This document shows positions 25,191-39,763 of a DNA stretch of 64,000 nucleotides, in pieces. Position 1 is the stretch's first letter. Each line of letters opens with the position of its first letter. Origin of the DNA: Psilocybe cubensis (Eukaryota). The stretch is from NCBI GenBank assembly GCA_017499595.2, contig CM038998.1:372001-436000 (forward strand), given 5' to 3'. The notes below the pieces were generated by a model, which worked only from the letters and a program-made list of their open reading frames with translations, did not search any database and was not told the origin of the DNA. The translations under genes were made by a program, and so were the position numbers.

Positions 25191-27568
25191 TCAGAGTCCA
25201 GCTTTTGTCCTAATGAAAAGTCCATCCCAGCACTTAAATCCGACATCAGTCGAGATCTAATAGGAATTTTAACTTTAAGTGACATGTATGAAGAAACGTG
25301 TATATTGGCACATACCGTCGTGGAGTTACACATAACTGCAACAGGCGCACCCGTTTCGGTAGTAGCAAAAATGTCTTTGGCTACGATGTTTACAGCTGAG
25401 AGAAATGTCAATGAGAACACTGGTAGAGTGTAGGTTGGATAGACATCTACCGGTGTCAGGATATAAATCAAATATTACCACTTCTTTCCCTGTAGCTCCA
25501 GGTACAGAATACCTGATAAAGTGATGAGTTTATATAAATTAACGGAAGACTATGAGCTTACCAGCAAGGGTCGCTTACACAGGATCCCTCAACGTATGGA
25601 ACACTGTCATAATATAGGAAGTGAGAATATTGCTTAGGGAGAACGCCATACACTGTACGAACTCTTTTACTATACCAACAAAATTTTGGAATAAAAAGTC
25701 TTCGATATGTGTATTGTTGGTACTTGTCGTGTTTGGTTTGGGACCAACCTTGAAATAAATGTCAATGATTTTGACATCCCAGGCTTCACAAGAAAATGTC
25801 CCTCACTCCTTGATCCCAATAGCTACGTTAGGAGAGTCATTAAATAAACTTGATATATACGACAGTCGACAACACTCACTTTTGTGTCACATATATCTGG
25901 AGAAACCATGGAAAGTGAGGAGATTGATATGTGAGAATGGTGTGGATATAACTCACAGGAAACGGCACTCCTTCAAAGGCAATATTCTTCCAAGTGATGC
26001 TGGTAACAACTGTCAATTAATGTTCAGATTTATGAAAAAATGAAGCATACTTCCTCGCGAGGCCATTCCCCCCTGTCCAGCTCTTAAATCTTGCACCATA
26101 CAAGGTGTTTTTCTATTGACATGATAGCGCGTTAGCCTAGTAAAAATCAACTGTCTGTCAATGCCATGCATACCATAACAATATTTTCGATTCTGTGCGG
26201 TACATCAGCTTACGAGAGACAACGCATCGAACTTGCATGAGGCTTACAAAACGTTTTGAACATCAGCAACAGAGCCCCCTTTCCCTAATGATCCAATTGA
26301 GAGGCCGTGACCTCCTTCGCAATACGAATCCCTGAGGGCCTGTTAGTTAGCTGAAAGCAATCCCGTTAAGGTCAAATGGCACCTGAAGTGTATGTTTTTG
26401 GCCCCACTTCCAACAGTTAGGCAGTCGTCGCCATTTTGAATATGGTTGTTTTCAAACAACATGTTCGTCCCGCCAGCTGAAAATCCTGTATTTCATGAGT
26501 TAATCAGAAGGTCGTTTACGAAAACAATTTCGAGTACCATCTCTGTAATAGGCGATCAGGATAACTTGTGGAGGCGTTTCGTATAAGTACAATTATAATG
26601 CACTTACGTGTTGAACGGGAAGGACTTCATTGGCCTTGATTAGAATGCTGTAGAGACTACACTGAGGTGTAGAGTAATCTTACGCTAGTATCCGACACAG
26701 CGACGATCTTATTATTGAAAGCATGGAGGTTGTTTGAACCACTTGTAGCGAAGTTCCAACCAATAGGCTGCAGTTCAACATATGGCAAATCAGCAGGATG
26801 CATTTGTATTCCAATCCATAAATACCACCAACTTTCCAGATTTTCATGTCTCGAATTACGCCGTTGTTTATCTTGCTGAACGCCCATCCATGTGGGCGAT
26901 TAACTTGCTGTTGAGCATCCCACCACTAATTAGGGGTGTTAACAGACGAGAATCATAGATCGTCAAATAAGGAAATCTCGGCTCACCGCTTGCCCATGGC
27001 CATCTACCCACCCCCATTTTGGATTTGTTGATCCCCGTAAGGTGACATTGTTGCCTCCAGTAAATGTGAACCTATACGCATGTTGTACAGTTTGAATACA
27101 AACGAGAATATTACTCGCTAGTCGAGACCCACCATGACCCCGAGAACGCCTGTTGAAATACGTTCAACAAAAGAAAGGGTAAAAAATAGATCCTCAGAGC
27201 ATACCGAAGACCCAACGATGGCTTATTGTTAGAGTGGACAAGGAAAAAATTAGAAATACGCCTTTCTGAGGTGGTCAAACTTGATGCTTACCTTGGATTG
27301 TCGGAATATCAGAAGGATATGTCAGGTTCCCTTCAATGACAACCTCAACATTGTTAAGGATTGGGAAGGTCAATGGTGTGAATATGTTGTAGGTGATGCC
27401 CTCTTTGAAAAGAATGGTTGAATTGGTGGAAAACTTTGGAAGAGCGGCAAGCAGTGCTGGGGTGTCATCTTTCCCAGAGATATGTGGAACAGTGAATGTG
27501 TTCCATGCGTAAACTCCGATAGCGCAGGAGAGGAACTGTATGAGTATCTGAAAGGTAAGTGGGATCAT
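25191..27568 (-). CDS. Secreted glycoside hydrolase family 28 (polygalacturonase-like)
   Basis: Hydrophobic signal peptide, DDTPALL, and GH28 catalytic motifs across exons: FPFNT|DG, NGDDCL, GHGLSIGSLG, ARFKSW. The last exon ends ...KCWDGLFIRTKAGL-TGA. Confidence 0.92.
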
Positions 27569-28220
27569 TGTTGGAGTCGCCTGGACGTTCGAAGCTATGA
27601 TGGATCTTTAAGAGCTTGTTATCTCAACATGGAGAGTCCGGTATGTTTTAAAGAGTCATCGCGTCGACAAAGAAGCTAGTCTTTGCCTTCTGTCTTCCTT
27701 CCATGTGACGGGGATCGATGTTGCTAGTTCAATGAATGTATGGATGGCCGACAGCTGGCTACAGAAAATGACCGCGTTATGCTATGCGACGTTCCGGTCG
27801 GACCGCCTCCCGAGATGGACACGTTGCTTAACAAGGCTAAGTCGAAGCGGAATATTGATGGGTGTTGATTGACATAGAGGTGTTTCGAAGGAACTTCCAT
27901 TACCCATGTTTTCACTAAGACAGCTGTCTGTATAGGCGCGTTGAGAGTACTAATTTGATGTACCTGTACAGTGCCTGGGCAGCTGTATGTGGATGCTAAA
28001 AGGTTTGGCAAGTGTCAAATGCCAGACTCTCGCCGCATTTTCTCCTTTGTTGTTTGCGAGATGCTGTGACTCCGAGCCACTAATTAACATAAAGTGGCAT
28101 CTGACCTTCACATTACCTAAACATTGAATTGATGTCTATGCTATCCGATTCAACCGTTAACTTTACAGATAGTGTATACCTCGAACGAAAAAGAGTAAAA
28201 AAACCTTTCCAATGAAGTTT

Positions 28221-30448
28221 TTAATCAATCCATTCTGGCTCAACCGATGGAAGCCATCTGGCCATAGGGATATAAGGCTTCCCGTCTTCCTCCTTGAGAT
28301 CCATACGCATCTTAACTGTGCGGTGTATCTTCACTCCCTCTAATCGCTGCTTAGGGATCACCCGTCCGCGTCCGCGATTGATCCTAATCAACGATCAGTG
28401 GTTGCTCAAAAGACATAAGAGGAAACATACGATAGTCTTGTAGCCCAAGAGTCATCATCCTTTTGGAATTTGATTTTCTGCGGTATAAGCTCCAGAATCC
28501 ACCAGGACTTAGAAATCTTAAGCATATCGTTCTTATCGCTTAGTGCGTCCGCCAGATCTTCCTCTTCCTCGTTGACAAAGTCGTCGACAGTTGCTGATGC
28601 ACCGTTGAGACTTAGAATTCTGAGATCTCTTGTTTTCTGCGGGGGTGCACCTGAAAATTCTGTCACTGGATCCGGTCGATCTTTTACATGAGGCCATAGG
28701 GTGCATGGGTCAATGCCCGCTATCTTGAAAGAGTCACGGTGAAACATAATGCCAGTGCGCAATTTGAAGCACTCTCGAATCATCCAGCGCAGCGAGATGC
28801 GTGCTAGATTATTGCGAACCTCATTCTTGACAGCGCCTCCTCCAACATCTGGACCAATCGACCGTCAAAATGGTTGAGACCGAATTTTGAGTTTGAAGAA
28901 CAAACCGCAATGACACCCAGCAAACCACACCTCCTCCACATTGGTACGATGTTGTCCATGTGTGTATTGTCGTTCTAGTTCGCGTAAGGTATGCTTTCGC
29001 TTTGACTTTCTTACCGATGGATGCACTTCGTTCCATTTCAGCCCCAGCTCCATTTCCTCATGCGTAGGACGATTAAAAAAATTTGGTTTGAATCGCACAC
29101 GATGCTCATCAAGAGCCAAAGCTTGTCGGAAGTTTTTGACGTGCGTATTGAATGTCGTGAAAGGTAAGCGTTTTGGAATGATACCGACAGACCCAACAGT
29201 ATCCCTGAACTATATGAGTCAACTATCTCTGGATAGTGAATGATGGCTTACCAGACGCCGATTAGCTCGATATCAACATCAATGGAAAAGGCCTTCTTGA
29301 AGGCAGCACTTTGTTCCCACCCTCTTTGGTCTTCACGAGAATACATCTTGTATGCGAATGGGACTTGCTGGTGGTTGTCTCTGGGAAGTAACCCGACCTT
29401 TCGGAGTCATCAAAATCAAGTCTGATTTCATTTCCAACACGAAGCTTGTACCTTATGGAGCCTGACGGAGAATATGATTGAGAAAGCAGTCATCTGGACA
29501 AAATTTAGCGCTGAATACTCACATTCCGGCAAGCGCTCTGGCCGTATCTGTAAATACCATCTCACGTTAGACATGTCGTTTATTAAAGGAGTGGCGGAAC
29601 ACGGGAACACGTACAGGCACCTCTGGAAAAACCTGAATGGGGTGTAATCATATTAATATCGCGTATCATGAATTATAATGGAATCGCCCACCGAACAGGA
29701 ATATCTTATCCCCAGCCTTGTCTGATATTTTAAGCTTTCAGGAATTTGCGTCCCCATGATATGGCATGAGATACATACAATTTTGCATGAGGAATTCGTA
29801 GCCTCCTGACATCGCCGAACGGATTATCAGATGTGTGAAATAAAAACTGCGCAGATAGCAAATTACCCATAACATGAGCATCGAGATGAACGCCGACCAT
29901 GGTGTCCATGAGCTTGTGCAATTTGGCCATCATAGGTTTTGCAATTTGAGGGATTGTATATGTGCCGATACCAGCCTTGAGAAGACTCGGCAATGAGAAT
30001 TACGGCAAAACGGAAATAAAGGGGCTTACTTGATAATACACCATCTGCTGCTCTGGTTCGTCTTTCCGCAACATCGAGAAGAAGTTTACGATGTTCGAGT
30101 TCTGTTCTCTTCCCCTCAGCTCATGGACCGAATAAAGGAAGAAGGGGGACTGACGTCATCGTCAAACTGGTCGCCTGAACTCATTTGCGGAGGCAAAGGC
30201 AAGGTAAGAAACGAAAAGTTTGGGCTTTGAGGGTACTGACCTGTTCCATCGAAGCACAGAATGACAGTTCGATGTTTGTGTGTAGGGGGAATAGTAGGCT
30301 CCAGTTTATCGTAAAATCCAGAGTCGCCTTCAGCTCTAGGAGAGGTAGTTTTAGGGAATCCAGGGTACTGGTCGCTTATAGACGAATCAGTAGATAGTGC
30401 CTTTTCGTCGATAGAGGTCATAGTTTTGCTGCGGGCTCGCGTGTGCAT
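28221..30448 (-). CDS. DUF2235 alpha/beta hydrolase (Tle1 phospholipase-like)
   Basis: ILCFDGTGDQF...NSNIV, YYQAGIGTY, FGFSRGAYTARALAG (nucleophile serine), GVWDTVGSVG, RQALALDEHR, EVWFAGCHCDVGGG, HRTVK.RM. Confidence 0.92.
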
Positions 30449-31723
30449 TGTGGCCAGGCGAGAGTCGAGGGGTGCTTTGATAGTCCAGTGTAATTTTCTT
30501 ATAAAGATTTTTGAAGGTCCCAGGGTGTGTTTTGACAGGTCATATTTATTGACATCCTTATTCGCCTTAAAGCGCACTAGTACGAAAAGAGCAGTTGTCT
30601 CTCGGCAATGATGTCTGATGGAGTGTCATGGGCATATCACATTGGACTTGACTTCGAAGGGTGAGGTTGAAAAGAACTCGGAATAGAACGAAGATGCCCG
30701 CCAACCATCGACATAAGGCACGGAGTGGAAGAGTACAGGTCCTTTGATATTTTGGCTTGAGGCTTGCATCATTTACCAATGGCAGTCCCACGAACACAAT
30801 TGTGGCGATGGCTAATGAGGGCAGGTTGATCCACTCTCGGGATTTCATTAGCGTAAGCTTCGAAGGAGCTAATAAATCGAAGCTCCTATGAAACACTGAC
30901 ACCACATCGCATCATAAAGCCACTATGGGCGTTAGGTAGAGATGCAGCTGTGAATAAATTTCGGGGTCATGAGCTGATGCCAACACTTTGCCACAGCACG
31001 AGGTTGCGAAGACGACTTCTGGACGTTGGGTAAACATGAAGATAAGATATCCAACAGATATATCAATCTTTTACATTGAAAACGACGGACCTTGAAGATA
31101 CTTGGTCAATGTCCCGTCATGAAGTTTAAAGCTTGCTCAGAGGCTCCAAGTCTCGCTTCTTCACATGGATCACCGGGATCATGACTTCAGGAATCAATGA
31201 ATAGCTTTTGTAGGTAATTAGGAGTAGGAGGTTCATTTCGCGTTGGATTCGAGGTACATTAGATTTCCGAACCCGGAGAACTCAACGAGAGCTTGGGCGA
31301 GGGATGTCTCGGCTCTCCACCTAATTTTTGCGCACGCGGTCGGGGCCGGGCATGTCACATGATACAGTTAAAACTCCGATTTAATGTCGAAAGGGGCTAT
31401 AAAATTACCCAAATAAGTTAGCTAGTTCGCCAGAGAACATTATTGGAACACAAGCTGTTTTTAAGAAATCTTTGGTCTCAGATATTTCAGGTTATGTCAC
31501 TAGAAATGGATGTCAAGCATTTCAAGTCTCTCTGCGTCAAAAAAATCATAACAATAGTTACAAGCTTAGCTTATTGAAGTTATTCTATCGCTGCAAGGCT
31601 CAAAGACACAGTCTTATTCTTGACTGCGCTTGGTACGTGGAAAGAGCGAGAACTAACTTCATGCGTATTGAACGTATGCTCAACGTATCATAATATTTGC
31701 GCGCTTACTTATTATAAATAATA

Positions 31724-32333
31724 GTGCTACTCAATTATCTTTTCTACGATGTTGTTTAATTTTTAAAAACATGTGGAACAGTTTAGCCGACGTGCTTGGT
31801 AGTAAATTCATGTGGTGCACATCATGGCGGTATTTGAATCTATCAATACCCATGCCGAACGGCCGTTCTCAAAGTTATCAGTAGCCATCTAATCGTCTTC
31901 GCTAGAATCCCCCTATTCGTATCTATTTCTTCCAATATGGCGCGTAATTCGCGCGTTAGAGAGACAGCATGCACCTAGGTATCAGCAAAATAAGGATCTC
32001 ACTTCCTGGGAAAGAATGGCAATTTTCCTCATTAACAATGCAAAAACAGTTGTGTGAAGTTCAGGGGCTGAGAGGCTTGCTCTAGATGGGTGGAATTGTT
32101 GACAGAATGCGCACCTTGCCAGGTATTGGGAAAAATAGCTGAAAACGCGCGCAAAGAGAATAAAGACGCGGTTGCTGCGGTCGGCATGTTGGCCGCTTTC
32201 AAGCTCATTCAAACTCAGAAAGGCACACCATCAGTATACACCACATGAATTTTACTACCAAGCACGTCGGCTAAACTGTTCCACATGGTTTTAAAAATTA
32301 AACAACATCGTAAAAAAGAGAATTGAGTAGCAC
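31724..32333. mobile_element. MITE (non-autonomous DNA element) with ~95-bp TIRs
   Basis: GTGCTACTCAATT...CATGTGGTG (31724-~31818) is the near-perfect reverse complement of ~32237-32333. Both sides carry the direct repeat TAATA (31719-31723, 32334-32338). No coding capacity. Confidence 0.85.
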
Positions 32334-32600
32334 TAATACGCTGAAGGTGTATTGAATTCCAATCTTATCTTATCTATCGTTTCTCCCGGCGGATTCACGA
32401 CCGGATCTGGCACAGCCCCAAAGCATGATGTAAATCACCGAATAAAAGAACACATGTCGGACTTCAGCCGGTCCCATTGGGTTTTTAATATAGGCCCTTT
32501 CATGACCTTGAACCATCTTGCCGTGTTCTTCCACCTTTCAAACATCCACACAAATCGAATGTGGTGTTAAAAACCCCTCATACCCAATTCCATTGATTTC

Positions 32601-35600
32601 ATGGGCTCAGGAGGCAAGGACAAAGAGCCAAGACAAAAGAAGAAACCAGGGCGCGTGTACGTCACTCTTCATTAATGCTATTGCGCAATGTATTCACTTT
32701 CGAGATGACTGCAAAGACCTACTTCATGCAAGGAATGTAGAAGACTGAAGCTGCGTTGCGACCGCAATGTGAGAGCCCCCTTGCTCGTCTGTCCATGAAC
32801 AGCGCCCATGGTGTCACTGTCGGCGCTGTTTGTCCACGTGTGCAACGCCCAAATTCTAACCATCCCCGCCCGTAGGTTCCCTGCGAAAAATGTGTTTCGA
32901 GAGGTTGTGGATCGATCTGTCCAGATGGCAAGTATCTGATCATTTGAATGCCCATTCCCGTATTCGAATTGATATATATTCGTATAGGAGTTTTGCAACC
33001 TGGCAAAGGAGGCCGTTTATACTTGGCCGACACAGAAGAATTGTACAATCGTATCGAAGACATTTCTTCTCGTAACCGGGAACTAGAGGCGGCCCTTCGC
33101 AAACTCCAGGAAACAGTTTCTCCAGAACAACCACATCCGCTACTGGCGACGAATGTGCTCAGACTGAACACTCAGCAAGGCACCCCGTCTGAGCCCAGTA
33201 CATCTTCCTCTAGCAAGTCACCTTCAACTTCAAGAATCAGCCCAACGACGCACCCACCAGAAACTGATCTCCCGGGAATGAAAGTAGACGAAGAGCAGCA
33301 TGTTGTGGATGCATTTGGTATGTCCTTCTCTCTCTTATTCTGGTATTAGCTCAGTAAACACATCAATCACAAGGCACTTTGGCAGTTAATCGACTAGGGG
33401 AATCGAGCTTCCTCGGTAGGAGTGCTCGCCCGGAGGTGTGTAACTTTCTATTTCTCCATTTATTTTACTCATGTTCTACCTGTTAGTATCTGGTAACGGT
33501 ATGGATGTTTGAGATATTTTTGTTGCCCGTATGCTCATGCTATCTTAGGTTACAAATCTACCACGAAGAATGCACCGGCCTGCTCTTCCACGATTAAGCC
33601 TACGAATAAGAGAGGCATCATTTCCAGAAAGAGAGCTTTACAACGACACTCTTCTCGCTGAGATTCTAGAGTTTCTCCCCCCACAGGCCGAGGCTCTGCA
33701 TTTGTGCGAAGTGTATCTGGAATATGGGAAATATTTGTGAGACCAAGTATAGCCGTATGTGGAAAGAAGTTCTGAAGTTCTGACACATTTTTAGGTATGC
33801 ACCCATTTCGAAGCATGAGCTTCTAGAGGAAACTCTGGCAGTGGTATACCGAGCAAGGCAAGTATGCACGATCTTCGTATGTCCCTTTTCCATTAATATG
33901 ACATATCACAGGCACTTTGGAGGTTTCGAGCATCATCATTTACTATCCCTTCTTTACATTGTGTTTTCCATCGCTACACTCTTCAATCCTAATCAACAAC
34001 CTTTCTCTACCGATGCCCAGGAATATTATTACCTATCACGAACATCGCTTGGATTTACACAGCCCTTTCACGAGACATCTCTAACCTCCATTCAGATTCT
34101 AGTAGGCTACTTCTTTCCCCTCGTGGCAAATATTCTCACTCTCCTGCTGTCGTAGATTCACATGGCCCACTATATAGAACTAAGTGATATGGAACCGGAG
34201 GGCTTTGAATCCGCATGGATACATGTCGGAAATGCTGTACGTCTTGGGATGAAGGTGCGTGTTTGTCTATGCTTTGTTCTTTATGATTGATCATGTACAC
34301 AGGCTGGCCTGAGTGAGTCTCCAGTGCACCATTTCTCAGGGAGAGTACTGAGACTAATATGCCATATTGAAAGATCTCAACAGTACACGATGGAAGCTTC
34401 CGGAAATCGTGGTACAGCGGCGCCATGACTTATTTTGGAGGTTGTTTGTGACGGATACATGGTCGGTATGTCACTGGGCGTACATCGTTGTTCACTGCCT
34501 TGTTTTGTTGATATAAATGATACCAGAGCTTTTATCTTGGCAGATTTCCCAGTATATCCACAGGCCATTTTGACTGTCCTGCTCCGTCCAACACAGTTGA
34601 CTCAAATCATGATTCAACCGATTGTACGTCAAAACCTATCTTTAGAATATCCCCGTCCATCTGAAATTCCTCTCTATCAGTTTACCAATGGAATATCAGT
34701 TTCGCAATTCTTCTCCACGATGTATTACAAACGGCATTCGGACCGAAGGAGCCACCTTATTCCACCATCACAGACCTCGACCGTAAAATTCGAGATTTTC
34801 ACGTCCCAAGTCAATGGATAACGCCAGACGAAGGTATGGAAGAACCGCCCCTTGAAATTGCAATGTATCGTTGGCTCGTTCTTTCTGCTAAAGAGATAAG
34901 TGAGTCAATATCATTAAGAGTTTCCAATTTGCTCGTTACTAACTCGAGGACGCCAGCGCTTCTCAATTTACATCGCTCCTACTTTGCACTTGCCCTTCAA
35001 GAATCGTCTGGTGATCTCCAGCGGCATCGATACCTCCCTTCTGTTGTAGCTATATACCGTTCATCGTGGAGACTCGTCCGAGGCCTTGCACTAACATGGA
35101 CAGTCATACCCAAATTTCTTGCTCGGGTTACTCTTGCGTGGTCGCATGGCCTCTCAGCTGCTGTATGTATTGTCATATCCATCTGATCAATGACCCACAT
35201 AATTGATCTATTGTCGTTATCTTACCCACCTAGGTTGTGCTATGCCTTTTGGTGACGCGTGCCCCTACATCTCCTCTGACAACGCCAGCTTTAGAAGAAT
35301 TAGACCATTTAAATTCTTTATTCGATTCAGCTGCACCTTCGTGTGGGCCAGCTGAGAAATTGCTGGTCCGTATTTATTTATTTCTTTGCGCTGATGAAAC
35401 CAAACGATTTTCCCCTAGAATTCTGTCCAAACGCTCCGCCGTAAAGCGCAAGAGGCGGTTGGTCTCCCACACTTCCGTTTCCACCACACTGACGAGGGTA
35501 CCTCGATATCCACAACAGAGCTTGACAGGTTGAATGGCAAGACATATCTGCATACGGACAATGGGTCTTCAGGGGGGCCGACAACAATGGATCCTCGGTC

Positions 35601-36144
35601 GCGTGCAACGTCGGTAACCATCTCTGATATCGCCGATGGTCATAACCGTCCCTCTCCTTTCCACAACCACAACATCGCCAATTTGCACCCGACGATAGTA
35701 CGCGACCTACGTGAATTCAGTCATTATAACGCCATATCCACCACTCCTTCGTCCATGTCTTTTTCTGACGTCCCTAGCGTTCCACTTCCTACAACTCATA
35801 CACAATCTCATTCGAACCCGCGAACACTAGCTCCTCCGCCACCGCCGAGAGATCCTTCGCCTGAGACTGATAAACTGCTTCTACAACAGTTTGATCCTAC
35901 TCCTTCCGCTTCACAATCTCAACCACTCCTTCCTCCTCGCAATGAATCGCTCTTCCAGTCTCTCCAGGCAGCAACATACTTCCACACCCAACCAGATTCA
36001 TTCCTAGATCCGCGCTCCCGAATGGGAATGGGAATGATGTTCGCGCCAGGTTTTCAAAGCGGCTTTACTGGTGGTTACGGTGCATCGCCCATCGCCCTGG
36101 ATCCATCGTGGAACAACTTCGTCGAGCAACTTGGGTTCGGTTAA
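32601..36144 (+). CDS. Zn(II)2Cys6 fungal transcription factor with fungal-specific middle domain
   Basis: Spliced N-terminus SCKECRRLKLRCDRN|VPCEKCVSRGCGSICPDG (Cx2Cx6Cx5Cx2Cx4Cx3C pattern), a coiled coil, middle-region motifs (AWIHVGNAVRLG..AGL; LHRSYFALAL) and C-terminal WNNFVEQLGF. Many exons including microexons. Confidence 0.93.
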
Positions 36145-36433
36145 CATTTTTCATGACAAACACATCTTCCCTAACCATCCTTCCGAGCTAATCCCTGTAT
36201 GCATGTGAAAGAAATTTAGTAAGTGTTAGCGACCTCAGTTCGACAATAATGCCTGTATGTATTATCACTTTCATTCTACAATATATACCCGCCTCTGGAT
36301 GTTTCGTCATGAGCTTCTCGATACGGTTAAAGAACGGTGGTTTAAGATGATGCTATATTCACAAAGAGTCAATTATCAACCAGACCTAGTACCCGTGAAT
36401 TTATGTTTGATATTTTTTGCAAAACATTCTCTC

Positions 36434-38736
<2,303 letters not shown>

Positions 38737-39008
38737 TGAAAAGGAAGGCAACGCGTGCTTTTTCTGCCGGATCACAAGACAGTTGAAGATTACGTAATTA
38801 ATCACCACACACTCAAACGAAGCCTTGGCGGAAAACAAACGGCGAAGTTGAACACATCGACTAGCACATTATTGTAAAAACAGTTATCCACTATAAGAAA
38901 TATTGTTGGGAGTGGTTAATTTTAAAGAATATTTCTAGCATTTCGATGAAAAATAGTTGAAGTCGGGACTCGATCGACGGCATTGTTTTGTAACATAAAA
39001 ATTCAAGT

Positions 39009-39763
39009 TCAGAAATCTTTTTGGGCACCAGGTTGGGCGGCTCTCTCTTCGTAGGGGTGTTCCCTAATTGTATTAGGGATACGTACTTGGGTATTAGTAC
39101 TCAGATAAAGCGCAGAATTCATCTTAGCAACGAGTGATTGATCTCGCCGAGCCTGATCACGAATTTCCAGCAGCCTAAGATTCGAAAAGTTGGCTTCAAT
39201 GTAGACCCGGAACGTTAAATTTCACTTGTATTGATAAACCTTACCAATTCGGTATTTTGAAGCCTGAGCCTGGGGCATCAGTGTTCAGCGGTGTTACGCC
39301 CCGAGCTTCTGACGTAGAGCTTGGATCCCCAAAGACATCTCCTTCAGACAGTGTCTTCCTTTAGAACGGGTAAGCCTTGCAAATCGTATACACGCTTTTG
39401 AGAGATACTTACTTGACTCTCCGCAGTGGATTCATAAGTGACGGCTGGAAGTCTGATCTTTTGTTCGACTTATGGAGGGTAAGCTTCTTACTGGGACTTA
39501 TCTCATCAGGTGTATCGCCGATGATAGTGGTAGCACGCTTAGATCGCACACTTCTATGGCGAGAACGCTTTGGCTCTTGTTCCTATCAACCTGCTTTCAG
39601 GATGACTGGGACATGCAAAAACTCTGATACTTACATCGATTCCTGGTGAGTCTGCAGGCGCCTCCGACTGTGCTCGTTTCCGCTTACGGGATTCATCCTT
39701 AGATCCCGAAGGCGACAGAGAAGGAACTTTCGTTGATGAGGATGAAGGGACGGTGAAGGACAT
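39009..39763 (-). CDS. Hypothetical Ser/Lys/Arg-rich protein (multi-exon, 5' end uncertain)
   Basis: Consecutive exons joined by GTAAG...AG introns keep an open frame: SKDESRKRKRAQSE...GID|EQEPKRSRHRS...NPLRRVK|KTLSEGDVFG...KIPNW|LLEIRDQARR. It carries NLS-like basic clusters. Confidence 0.5.

Noticed and set aside
31722-32335. CACTA/EnSpm element
   Set aside because: The ends read TAGTG...CACTA, the reverse of CACTA...TAGTG, and there is no 3-bp TSD.
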